Assembly: GCA_016185845.1 (NCBI GenBank)
Contig: JACPMV010000046.1
Coordinates: forward strand, 1 to 56,374
Direction: 5' to 3'
Source: Candidatus Woesearchaeota archaeon
Lineage (GTDB): Archaea > Nanobdellota > Nanobdellia > Woesearchaeales > GW2011-AR4
DNA: 56,374 nucleotides
This document shows positions 1-8,602 of this stretch, piece by piece (position 1 is the first letter of the stretch; the number at the start of each line of letters is the position of its first letter). The notes beneath the pieces are model-generated. The model was not told the origin of the DNA and did not search any database. It was given only the letters and a program-made list of their open reading frames with translations. Both the position numbers and the translations under genes were made by a program.

Positions 1-47
1 AATATTTGTTGTTTATTATTTAAACAAGACAAAAAAGGCTGGATAAA

Positions 48-140
48 CCCTTATGAACGAAAATAAACAATTTTAAGCCATTTTCAGCCGAAACAAATCT
101 TTTAAAACATAAGGTACTGCGAATAAAGAATATATAAAAG
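48..140 (+). promoter_or_regulatory. Upstream element shared with 2428-2520, ending in a TATA-like box before the 160 gene
   Basis: Positions 48-84 match 2428-2464 at 34/37 nt (cccttatgaacga.aataaac.attttaagcc.tttt). Weaker similarity continues to aatatataaaa at 129-139, about 20 bp before the ATG at 160. Confidence 0.5.
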
Positions 141-159
141 GATAGGTTAATGCTATAAA

Positions 160-1143
160 ATGAGCCGAATCAAGTTATTTTTTATTTTATTGGCAACTGC
201 CATGCTCTTTATTGCTGGCTGCGCGCAGGGCCAAAATTCAAATGAAGATTTGGAATTTAAAAATATGTGCCAGCAATCAGGCTATCAATGGATGAAGATG
301 AGGCCTACCGAGAACGGCAAATTCATCAGGGACGCAGGGGAATGCTTTGGTTGCATGGTTGAAATCGAGCATGTTTGTGGCAGGGAAAAATTTGAAGAGA
401 TGACGGGAAATATGGAAAACAATATGCATTCAATGCAGCATATGGCCATGACAGCGCATGCGGGCACCAGAAGCTCTGTTGACATTCATATGTATAAAGT
501 CGGCTTTATAAGGCCTGATGCGCAGCTTGGAAAAGAAGGACTGCTTAAATTCACAATTAACGATATACAGTTCAAAAAACCAGTATCGGATTTAGAAATA
601 GTCCATGATAAAATAATGCACGTTGTTCTTGTAAGAAATGACTTAAAACATTTTGACCATGTTCATACTGAAATGACAGAGCCAGGAGTTTTTTCTGTTC
701 CTTACAAATTTTCTTCGTCAGGAACTTACAGAATCTGGGTTGATTTTACGATAAATGGAATGCAGCATATTGTCGATTTTGACATTAATGTCCCGGGCAG
801 TGTGGAATTAGGGGAAAAAGATATGCTAGACGGGCTGAAAGTTAATTTTATTTCATCGAAAGAAATTGCAGCAGGAAAAGAAACTGAGTTAAAATTTGAA
901 ATTTTTGACAAAAGCAATAAGCCAGCCCCAATAACAGAGAAATTTTTAGCTGCAAATGCCCACTTGATAGCAATAGACGAAGCTTTGGAAGAATTCAACC
1001 ACAATCATGACGAGAATTTTGACGAGGATAACGAGCTAATATTCAGTCACACATTTACAGAGTCTGGAAAATACAGGCTTTGGGTCCAATTTTTAGCGGA
1101 AGGAAAAGTTAGAACAGCCGGCTTTGATATTGTGGTGAAATAA
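160..1143 (+). CDS. Secreted lipoprotein with a Cys-rich N-domain and a His-rich C-terminal region, possibly metal-binding
   Basis: Signal peptide plus lipobox (LFIAGC). Cys cluster (CQQ..ECFGC..HVCG). His motifs HFDHVHTE and HNHDENFD. First gene of a co-directional redox cluster. Confidence 0.5.
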   Translation: MSRIKLFFILLATAMLFIAGCAQGQNSNEDLEFKNMCQQSGYQWMKMRPTENGKFIRDAGECFGCMVEIEHVCGREKFEEMTGNMENNMHSMQHMAMTAHAGTRSSVDIHMYKVGFIRPDAQLGKEGLLKFTINDIQFKKPVSDLEIVHDKIMHVVLVRNDLKHFDHVHTEMTEPGVFSVPYKFSSSGTYRIWVDFTINGMQHIVDFDINVPGSVELGEKDMLDGLKVNFISSKEIAAGKETELKFEIFDKSNKPAPITEKFLAANAHLIAIDEALEEFNHNHDENFDEDNELIFSHTFTESGKYRLWVQFLAEGKVRTAGFDIVVK

Positions 1144-1144
1144 T

Positions 1145-1696
1145 ATGAAAAAGATGCGATTAATGCTATTAATTTTCATCTTTGCAATTTTTGCAATTGG
1201 CTGCTCTCAAAATAATCCGCAGAAAACAGCGCAGGATACTATAAGCAACCTGAGGAAATTCGCCCCTGTCTCTTCAGAGTACCCAAACAAGCCCGCTCCT
1301 TTATTTACTCTGACAGACGATAAGGGAGTTCAATTCACAAGCGAGGACCTGAAGGGCAAAATCTATGTTCTGCAGGGATTTTCTCCCGGGTGCAGCTCCT
1401 GCGCAAGAGAAATAGGGAATTTAAATAAAGTCTACAATAATTTTCAAGATAAGAATGTTGAAATAATCTCATTGGATATTTTAAGCGAGGACATAAGCGG
1501 GGCTTTGGACACAAAGGAGCAGTTTAACGGCGGAGACTGGATATGGGCAGTTGATTTTGACGATGTCGCTGCAAAATTCGGAATGAGAACTTTGGAGTCC
1601 ACCTACATTGTGGATAAGGAAGGCATTATACGGTATAAAGACGAGATAATCAGCAATCCCGACACGCTAATAAAAGAAATTGAAAAGCTGGTATAA
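1145..1696 (+). CDS. Membrane-anchored or lipoprotein TlpA/ResA-like thioredoxin-fold thiol-disulfide oxidoreductase
   Basis: Lipobox (AIGCS). Trx-fold active site GFSPGCSSCAREI (CxxC). Start is 2 nt after the upstream stop, and the gene is followed by a CcdA-like gene. Confidence 0.75.
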   Translation: MKKMRLMLLIFIFAIFAIGCSQNNPQKTAQDTISNLRKFAPVSSEYPNKPAPLFTLTDDKGVQFTSEDLKGKIYVLQGFSPGCSSCAREIGNLNKVYNNFQDKNVEIISLDILSEDISGALDTKEQFNGGDWIWAVDFDDVAAKFGMRTLESTYIVDKEGIIRYKDEIISNPDTLIKEIEKLV

Positions 1697-1697
1697 T

Positions 1698-2417
1698 ATG
1701 GTAAGCTTATCGTTGGCTGCATTGGCTTTTTCTTCCGGCATGATTACTTTTGTCAACCCATGCGGGTTCGCGCTTCTGCCGGTGTACATAACCTACTATT
1801 TTAAGAACGAGGGCCTGGAAAAAAGCTCTGCTGCAAAAAGAATTTTTGCTGCCTTGATATTGGGATTGATTGTAAGCCTGGGCTTTGTTGCCGTATTTTT
1901 ATTGATAGGCTCGGTATTTAATTATATCGGAAAGGGGCTGTTGGCCTACGTAGGATGGCTTGACTTTGGCATCGGAATATTGCTGATGGTTATAGGGTTT
2001 ATCTATCTGTTTAACTTGAATGCAAAGCTCAATTTAAGCAAGCTAACTAATCTGGGAGAAAAGCTCAAATCAAACAAATTAAGCAATAAATACGCTTCAT
2101 TCTTCCTGTACGGGGCGGGATTTGCAATAGCATCATTGGCGTGCACTCTGCCAATATTCCTGCTTATTGTCGCAACTGCTGCAAAAGCAGGCGGCTTTGC
2201 AGGCAGCATGCTGGTTTTCCTGATTTATGCGGCTGGGATGAGCCTGTTTATGATCCTGTTTTCAGTGGCAATCGCATTATCGAAGAGCGCAATAGAAAGA
2301 ACATTAAAAAGATGGATGCCTCACATATACAAGCTTGGAGCAATAATAGTGATTTTGGCAGGAGCTTATTTGATATACAATCAGGTAGTACTTGGAAAGC
2401 TGTTTAGTTATATATAA
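1698..2417 (+). CDS. ccdA: CcdA/DsbD-family transmembrane thiol-disulfide electron transporter
   Basis: Polytopic membrane protein with the conserved Cys-containing helices (FVNPCGFALLP, ASLACTLPIF). I prefer the ATG at 1698 (MVSLSL..), directly after the upstream stop, over the track start at 1680. Confidence 0.8.
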   Translation: MVSLSLAALAFSSGMITFVNPCGFALLPVYITYYFKNEGLEKSSAAKRIFAALILGLIVSLGFVAVFLLIGSVFNYIGKGLLAYVGWLDFGIGILLMVIGFIYLFNLNAKLNLSKLTNLGEKLKSNKLSNKYASFFLYGAGFAIASLACTLPIFLLIVATAAKAGGFAGSMLVFLIYAAGMSLFMILFSVAIALSKSAIERTLKRWMPHIYKLGAIIVILAGAYLIYNQVVLGKLFSYI

Positions 2418-2427
2418 GGCAAATTAG

Positions 2428-2520
2428 CCCTTATGAACGATAATAAACCATTTTAAGCCTTTTTTAAGGCAAATAAGGTTTTTAAACAATACTGTTTTCC
2501 AAGTAAAATATATATAAAAA
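2428..2520 (+). promoter_or_regulatory. Second copy of the shared upstream element, before the 2549 gene
   Basis: 34/37 nt identity to 48-84, then a TATA-rich stretch (aaatatatataaaaatataaaaa) about 20-40 bp before the ATG at 2549. Confidence 0.5.
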
Positions 2521-2548
2521 TATAAAAAGCCCTTAATTACATATAAAA

Positions 2549-3652
2549 ATGACTCACGAAAGCAAAGATGACCTTTTTTTAGAGAAAGTTATAATATTCT
2601 TAATCGTTTTAGTTGGAGCTATCCTTATTTACAGCCGATTCCAGTTTGCGAAATTGTCATCTAATATTTTCTTTAACGCTGCTTCATTTTTACTGGTATT
2701 AGCTCTAATAGGATTAGTTGTATGGTTATTTTTAAGCAAGGAAAAAGGTGAACATGCCTTGCACCATATTGAGCACGTTGCAAAAGCTGAAAGAAAGCCA
2801 TTCACCTTTTTTGAGAAAGTAAGCTACAGCCTTGTTGCTGCTGTTGCTTTTATGGTATTTTTCAGCCAGATCCAGATTTCGCAAGTCAATGCCTTGGTTA
2901 GCGGAACATCATCCTCGATAAGCAGTTTTGCCAAGTCTGTATCAACTCCCTTAAAGCTCGGCTCAGGCAAAGGCGGTGTAGTTATAGGCCCTCAATTGAA
3001 TACAGATGGCAGAACAACTAAACTAGTGGAATGGCCTACAATAAGTGAAACTCCTTCTCCGAAAGAAACAGGAAACCCTACGCAGGATGCAATTGCGGCA
3101 GTTGTGCCGACAGGCACTCCTTTTTATATTTTGGAAGGTCCGGGATTAGAGAGGATAAGGGGTGCAACTTTTGACGACCCGATAACAAGCCAAAAGGTCT
3201 GGGCTTCTTTGCTTGGCTCCAGGAGATTTGGAACAGAGAATGCAATACAGCTTACGCCAGAAGAAGAGCAAAGATGGAATAAGCTTACAGGCGTTTTTAC
3301 ATGCGATTTTTGCTGTGGCGGCCCAAATAGCGTTACAACGATAAACAGGTGCGGATGCGCCCATAGCTATGCATGGCAGGGCATGGCAAAATTCTTCATA
3401 AAATATTATCCGGAGTACACTGATGAGCAGATACTTGGCGAGATGACAAAATGGAAAGGCCTATGGTATCCTCAGGGAATGATTCAGGATTATTTGGTAT
3501 ACACTGGCCAGCAGCCGGCAGATATACTGACCCATGGCGGCTCAATCGGAATAAGGCAGCAGTTCCTTCAGAGCGGCTCAAGTGCCCAGCAGCAAACTCA
3601 CGCATCAGTAACACCGCTTGACCAGCTGCCTTCAATGGTCGGCGGATGTTAA
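2549..3652 (+). CDS. Membrane-anchored Cys-rich protein ending in LPSMVGGC
   Basis: Three or more N-terminal hydrophobic helices. Cys cluster FTCDFCCGGPNSVTTINRCGCAHSY. The C-terminal octapeptide LPSMVGGC is identical to that of the next gene. Confidence 0.6.
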   Translation: MTHESKDDLFLEKVIIFLIVLVGAILIYSRFQFAKLSSNIFFNAASFLLVLALIGLVVWLFLSKEKGEHALHHIEHVAKAERKPFTFFEKVSYSLVAAVAFMVFFSQIQISQVNALVSGTSSSISSFAKSVSTPLKLGSGKGGVVIGPQLNTDGRTTKLVEWPTISETPSPKETGNPTQDAIAAVVPTGTPFYILEGPGLERIRGATFDDPITSQKVWASLLGSRRFGTENAIQLTPEEEQRWNKLTGVFTCDFCCGGPNSVTTINRCGCAHSYAWQGMAKFFIKYYPEYTDEQILGEMTKWKGLWYPQGMIQDYLVYTGQQPADILTHGGSIGIRQQFLQSGSSAQQQTHASVTPLDQLPSMVGGC

Positions 3653-3722
3653 AGAATAAAATAAATCAAATAACAATCCAAAACTTTAAATAAACTTAAA
3701 AATTAACAAGGAGGAGGTAAAT

Positions 3723-3920
3723 ATGAACAGAAACGTAATAATTGTGATTGTGCTTGTAGTTTTGGTGCTACTGACAGCTGTTCAGGCAATACAATTAAGT
3801 GCGCTGAAGTCAAGCATAAGCACAGGCAAAGTTGCTGTTGGAAGCGTTCCAGTCCAAAGCTCGGGCGCATCAATTCCATCAAACATACAAGATCTGCCTT
3901 CAATGGTCGGCGGATGTTAG
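3723..3920 (+). CDS. Small (65 aa) N-terminally anchored protein ending in LPSMVGGC
   Basis: Strong SD (aaggaggaggtaaatATG). Hydrophobic N-terminus. Its last 26 nt are identical to 3626-3651. Confidence 0.6.
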   Translation: MNRNVIIVIVLVVLVLLTAVQAIQLSALKSSISTGKVAVGSVPVQSSGASIPSNIQDLPSMVGGC

Positions 3921-3941
3921 CATAATAATGGGTGGTAAAAA

Positions 3942-4145
3942 ATGAATGCAAAACTAGTGGTATTGTTAGTTTTAGTTGTTGGAGTGATGTTGGCAGGTTG
4001 CAATTCAGCAAGCAGCGATGGCTACGCATCTTACAACCAGCAGCAAGGCCAGCAACAGGGCGGCCAATATGTTGGCGGCGGCTGCGGAGTTGCTGCAGAA
4101 ACAGATTATTCAGTTCCATCAGCAGGCCAAGCTTCCGGGTTTTAG
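3942..4145 (+). CDS. Small (67 aa) Gln/Gly-rich lipoprotein
   Basis: SD ggtggt upstream. Signal peptide plus lipobox (MLAGCNS). Internal YVGGGCG resembles the MVGGC tails upstream. Confidence 0.5.
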   Translation: MNAKLVVLLVLVVGVMLAGCNSASSDGYASYNQQQGQQQGGQYVGGGCGVAAETDYSVPSAGQASGF

Positions 4146-4151
4146 TTAAAA

Positions 4152-4622
4152 ATGGAGCTAAGCAAGAGAGAGAAGCGCAAGCTTAGGCTGGAAAAGCTCA
4201 GGCAGGAAAGCCATGAAGCACATAATGAATACGAGCAGAGGCTTGAGCATCAAAAAGAGCTCCATCAGTCACACGAAAAATCAAAAAAATCAAGATATTA
4301 CATAATCGGGGCGGTTATTGGAATTTTGATTTTGTCAATACTGGCTTACTCAGTTTATTCAGTCAACAAGCCCGGTCCTTACGACAGCTTTGCCAAATGC
4401 CTTGCCGAAAAAGGCGCCGTGATGTACGGTGCAATGGACTGGTGCAAATACACCCAGGCGCAAAAAGGAATGTTTGGAAAGTCATTCAAGTACATTAACT
4501 ATCATGAATTTCAGGAACTGCCGGGCATAAAGAAGACGCCAACATGGGTTGTAAATGGGGAATGGCATGAAAACGTCCAGCCGTTTGACAAGTTATCTGC
4601 GCTGACCGGATGCAAAATTTAA
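4152..4622 (+). CDS. Membrane-anchored thioredoxin-fold protein with a degenerate active site
   Basis: One TM helix. YGAMDWCKYTQAQKGMFG resembles the GAxWCxxCxxQK motif of VKOR-associated Trx domains, but only the first Cys is kept. KKTPTWVVNGE is a cis-Pro-loop-like segment. Confidence 0.6.
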   Translation: MELSKREKRKLRLEKLRQESHEAHNEYEQRLEHQKELHQSHEKSKKSRYYIIGAVIGILILSILAYSVYSVNKPGPYDSFAKCLAEKGAVMYGAMDWCKYTQAQKGMFGKSFKYINYHEFQELPGIKKTPTWVVNGEWHENVQPFDKLSALTGCKI

Positions 4623-4633
4623 AGTGATTTTGA

Positions 4634-5800
4634 ATGGAAGAAAAAAAAGAAGGGCATCATCATATTCATAGTACGCATCATATCAATAAAAAAAATAAAC
4701 TTGATATTCTCCTTATAGTTGCCGCTGTCCTTGGAGTTATTTTGATAATAAACATATTTTTGGCATTCGGCATAAACCAAAATTTAAAGAAGAACATTGA
4801 AGCAGCCAAGGAAGCTGCAAGGCCTGCAAAAATACAATTGACCTTAATAAAAAATTCAAAATGCGCTGACTGCTTTGATGCTTCTGTGCTTGTGGATTAC
4901 GTCAAGTCGCAAAAAATAGAGCTGCTGAATGAAAAAGCCATAGAATTCAATTCAAATGAGGCAAAAGAGCTGATAAGCAAATATAAAATTGAGAAAATTC
5001 CGTCTATCTTAATTACCGGAGAGCTGGAAAAGCTGAATCTGGACGGCTTTGATAAAATCCAGGACGCTTTGGTTTTGAGCCAGATAAATCCCCCATATAC
5101 AGATGCCGCAAGCGGCAAAGTCAAGGGACGGGTAAGCCTAAAGCTTGTAAAAGACGAGTCTTGCGTGAAATGCGATAATATGGAAGCCCTTATAGGACAA
5201 ATAAACCTTGCAGGCATAAAGCTAGGGGAGAATAAGAACATAAGCGCATCCAGCCAGGAAGGCAAGGCATTGATTGCAAAATACAAAATTGGATTTGTCC
5301 CGACTATTGTCTTGTCTGAAGATGCAGGGGAATATGCAATAATACAGCAGGCATGGCCGTCAATAGGCACCAAGGAAAAAGATGCTTATGTCTTAAGGAC
5401 AGTTTACCCGCCCTTCATAAATTTAACAACAGGCCAGTTAAGGGGATTGATAGACATTATTTATCTTACAGATAACAGCTGTGCTGATTGCTACAATGTA
5501 AGCTTCCATAAATCCGTATTGACAAGCCAGCAAAGCTTTGCAATGGCTATTGGGAATGAAAAAACAGCCGATATATCATCTGCAGAAGGGGAGGATTTGG
5601 TGTCAAAATACAGCATAACTCAGGTTCCTACCGTCATACTTTCTTCTGAAGCAGGAGTTTATCCTTCAAGCACGGGGCTGGCACAGTTCTTCTCAATAGA
5701 AAAGGACAACTCCTATGTCTTCAGGCAGCCGAGTGTTGTTGGAGCATATAAGGACCTGACAACAAATAGTATTGTAAAGCCGCAGCAAGAAGTGCAGTAA
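4634..5800 (+). CDS. Membrane-anchored protein with three tandem thioredoxin/glutaredoxin-like CxxC domains
   Basis: Three internal repeats each carry CxxC plus a (K)Y.I..(I/V)PT(I/V)(I/L)L segment: CADC..KYKIEKIPSILI, CVKC..KYKIGFVPTIVL, CADC..KYSITQVPTVIL. One N-terminal TM helix. Confidence 0.7.
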   Translation: MEEKKEGHHHIHSTHHINKKNKLDILLIVAAVLGVILIINIFLAFGINQNLKKNIEAAKEAARPAKIQLTLIKNSKCADCFDASVLVDYVKSQKIELLNEKAIEFNSNEAKELISKYKIEKIPSILITGELEKLNLDGFDKIQDALVLSQINPPYTDAASGKVKGRVSLKLVKDESCVKCDNMEALIGQINLAGIKLGENKNISASSQEGKALIAKYKIGFVPTIVLSEDAGEYAIIQQAWPSIGTKEKDAYVLRTVYPPFINLTTGQLRGLIDIIYLTDNSCADCYNVSFHKSVLTSQQSFAMAIGNEKTADISSAEGEDLVSKYSITQVPTVILSSEAGVYPSSTGLAQFFSIEKDNSYVFRQPSVVGAYKDLTTNSIVKPQQEVQ

Positions 5801-5802
5801 GC

Positions 5803-6384
5803 ATGAGCAAAAAAGACATGGTTTTTTATGCCCTGATTGCCATTTTGCTATTACTGTTCCTATGGCAGTGGTTTTCAAAGGGGGCTTTGCTCGGGCAATT
5901 AAGCATGCAGTTAAGCGAGCTGCAGAAGGACAACAAGGACATTATGCTGTTATCGGGTGTCGGTCCCTTAAGGTCTGCGCATAACCATGCAGATGTCAAA
6001 GTTTACATCAACGGCAAAGCGATTGATTTCTCGCAAAGCAAATACCAGCTGGCTGCAAGATTCATTCATTTTGAGGAAGGCATTGGAGATGTGATCCATA
6101 CCCATGCAACCGGCCTGACAATTGGGCATTTATTTAAATCTCTTGGCGCGGATTTCGGCAGTAACTGCCTTGCATTTGAGGAAGCTGATTACTGCAATGG
6201 GGGAAATGCAAGATTAAGGTTTTATGTCAACGGCAAGCCAAACGATGAATTTGACAATTATGTCATAAAAGACCTTGACAAGATCTTGGTTTCTTACGGG
6301 AACGAAAGCGAAGAAGAACTCCAAAAGCAATTGAATTCAGTCACTAATTTGGCAGCAAAGTACAGCGCAAACAGGTATTCTTAG
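5803..6384 (+). CDS. Membrane-anchored His-rich protein of unknown function, last gene of the redox island
   Basis: One N-terminal TM helix. Motifs HNHADVKVYING and FIHFEEGIGDVIHTHATG. Start is 3 nt after the upstream stop. Confidence 0.5.
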   Translation: MSKKDMVFYALIAILLLLFLWQWFSKGALLGQLSMQLSELQKDNKDIMLLSGVGPLRSAHNHADVKVYINGKAIDFSQSKYQLAARFIHFEEGIGDVIHTHATGLTIGHLFKSLGADFGSNCLAFEEADYCNGGNARLRFYVNGKPNDEFDNYVIKDLDKILVSYGNESEEELQKQLNSVTNLAAKYSANRYS

Positions 6385-6738
6385 ATTTTTCAATAATTAT
6401 TTTTTTAGAATTTTAAGATTATTTTTATTGAAAGGTATTATTAATGAAATCGTTCGTTATTGAAAGTGCGCTAATTGTCCAGCGCAGGTAGAGCTAAAAT
6501 AATCAAGCGTTTAAACGCATTAACTAACACCCAATAACTAAAAAAACAATACGATTTAACATTAAATAAATCCATTACGAAAATTACAATAAAAATAACG
6601 AGAACGACCACTTTAGGCAAGCGTGATTTGGGTAACCCTTTTTATCTGGATGAACTATAAATCTTCTCGTCAAAATCACTTAAAGCGAAATCTTTAAATA
6701 CTACTTATCTAATGTAAACTATATTCTAAAAGCTATAA

Positions 6739-7026
6739 ATGGGGGATATAATGGCTATGCAAAATAAGGAGATATTCAATGTTTTTTTCAGGGAAAAGCC
6801 AGCAATGATGCTGGTTGAATTGAAAAATGCAAAAGGCGAGATTTATGCTTCTTCAGTCGCAAAAACAGTTGACTGCACTTATTCACATGTTGTGAAAATT
6901 CTTCAGGAGATGCAGAAAGCCGGCCTGATAAACTTCGAAAAGCAGGGCAGGCTGAAATTATTGACGCTTACAAAAATGGGCCAGGAAGTCGCAGACAAGA
7001 TTGACGGGATAAGGGCTGTTCTGTAG
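6739..7026 (+). CDS. Small winged-helix transcriptional regulator
   Basis: YASSVAKTVDCTYSHVVKILQEMQKAGLINFEKQGRLKLLTLT has an HTH-plus-wing pattern. Start is ambiguous (M1, M5 or M7). Confidence 0.6.
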   Translation: MGDIMAMQNKEIFNVFFREKPAMMLVELKNAKGEIYASSVAKTVDCTYSHVVKILQEMQKAGLINFEKQGRLKLLTLTKMGQEVADKIDGIRAVL

Positions 7027-7064
7027 AATTATGATAGTTCTTTTAAGAAATCATATCTAAAAGT

Positions 7065-8492
7065 CTACCCAATCTTCTCCACAGCGGCATACTTCCCAAG
7101 AATTTCTTTTGCAGCTTCAAAAAACTCATTTTCCTTGTCTGTTGGAATGACAGCTCCAGCAGCGTTCTGATGGCCTCCTGATTCTGAATTGCCTATGCCG
7201 CCAATTATCTCTTCAATTATCCTTCTCAGGTCAAGGGCGCCGTTGATATTGTTAGTTGTCCGCAAAGAAATTTTTGTATTTCCTTCAAGCGCCTGGGCCA
7301 TGGAAAGTATAAACGTATTATTAGTCATCACATTTGATTTGGATAATATCGAGGCAAGAGTGCCAATCATGGTTGACATGACATTGTCTTTCGCATTTAT
7401 TATCACAAAGTTGTTGCCCCAAAATATATCATCTGAAAACTTATTCTCATTGTACCAGTTCAATGCCTTGACTATCTCTTTTTTATAATCACCAAGGCTT
7501 CTTATTGCCTGCTGCTTGATTTTCTTGTCGCCCATGCAAGCTCCGATTCCATAAGACGCCTTTCCAAGCCTTCCGCATGCATTGAGCAAGGTTGCAAACT
7601 CTTTAGCATCTCTTGTAGGGCTTTCCTCGTCTTCATGAGGCAGGATATACACATTTCCAAGGACATCATCGGGCCTGGACTCGCTGAGCCTCTTCATGAT
7701 TACTCCTGTGACGAGCTTTTTCATGTCTTCCTGGTCCAGATGAACTATCTTTTTCCAGCCATTGCCGTTTTTTGGGTCTATGCCTATTTGGTACAGGAAC
7801 TGTATTGCGCCTGATTCAGAGCCGGAAACACCGGGTATATATGGGTCTGTGCAGTATTCAAGCGCTTTATGCAGCGGCTTGGTCTGGGACCCAAATATCC
7901 TTAGCCCTATATCGACTTTTATCTTGTTTTTCCTGACAGCAACATCCAGAATCTCTTTGTTCAGCTGCATGAATCCATTCTGTTCCTGCAAATCACCTAC
8001 AGCTCCAATTATGGCTATATGCGCCATTTCTTCCATGGCTGGGTCAACAGCGCATGCAAATTTAAACACAACCCCTGCGCCTGAAATCTCTTTGCCTCCG
8101 TCAATGCCCTGAAGGTGAGGGTTTACAAAAACAATGTCTCCATAATCCTCATTTGCTATGCTGTGGTGGTCAAGAATAAACACTTTTTTGCCTTTTAGGT
8201 GCTCTTTTATTTCATCTATCAGTCCGGAGCCTATATCTGTAAATACAAAGCAGTTATACGGCTCAGAAGCAAGCTGAGTTATCACTGCCAAATTCAGCTG
8301 CTGCACTATTGAAACAGAGTATTTCCGGTTTTCTGCGCTGAGCAGTTTCACCATGATGGATGCCGCGCTTATTCCGTCAGCATCAAGGTGGCTTACCAGC
8401 CTTATCGCTTCCTTTTTGTCAATCTGCCTGAATGACTCTGCAGCTTTTCTCAGGCTTTCACTGAATTGTTCATAAGAATCCATCAAATGCAC
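7065..8492 (-). CDS. recJ: Archaeal RecJ/GAN-like DHH-family single-strand nuclease
   Basis: DHH motifs: HLDADGISAA, FTDIGSG, ILDHH, GAVGD. A DHHA1-like GGHQNAAG lies near the C-terminus. Confidence 0.8.
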   Translation of the reverse strand: MHLMDSYEQFSESLRKAAESFRQIDKKEAIRLVSHLDADGISAASIMVKLLSAENRKYSVSIVQQLNLAVITQLASEPYNCFVFTDIGSGLIDEIKEHLKGKKVFILDHHSIANEDYGDIVFVNPHLQGIDGGKEISGAGVVFKFACAVDPAMEEMAHIAIIGAVGDLQEQNGFMQLNKEILDVAVRKNKIKVDIGLRIFGSQTKPLHKALEYCTDPYIPGVSGSESGAIQFLYQIGIDPKNGNGWKKIVHLDQEDMKKLVTGVIMKRLSESRPDDVLGNVYILPHEDEESPTRDAKEFATLLNACGRLGKASYGIGACMGDKKIKQQAIRSLGDYKKEIVKALNWYNENKFSDDIFWGNNFVIINAKDNVMSTMIGTLASILSKSNVMTNNTFILSMAQALEGNTKISLRTTNNINGALDLRRIIEEIIGGIGNSESGGHQNAAGAVIPTDKENEFFEAAKEILGKYAAVEKIG

Positions 8493-8602
8493 CTTAAAAA
8501 TAGTAGGTTTTTAAGAACATAGCTCGTATTTATAAGTTTTCTTTTATTTAAGTTAAATAAAAATCACCCATTGTAATTTTAGATAATTATAAATCAAATA
8601 GT

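Noticed and set aside
1680-1697. An N-terminal extension MKSWYN on the CcdA ORF, and similar extensions MNKVLKK on proC and MRWK on P2.
   Set aside because: The extensions overlap the preceding gene ends. The downstream ATGs give N-termini matching family or paralog expectations.
3932-4186. An 84-aa ORF overlapping the 3942-4145 small lipoprotein ORF in another frame.
   Set aside because: The 3942 frame has an SD, a signal peptide and a lipobox, and is related in composition to its neighbours. The 3932 frame is Arg/Cys-rich with no features and runs into the next gene.
6385-6738. A 354-bp spacer containing the 12-bp palindrome gcgtttaaacgc (6507-6518), considered as a possible RNA gene.
   Set aside because: There is no extended pairing and no repeated motif. 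It is most simply the promoter and terminator space between the redox island and the wHTH regulator gene.
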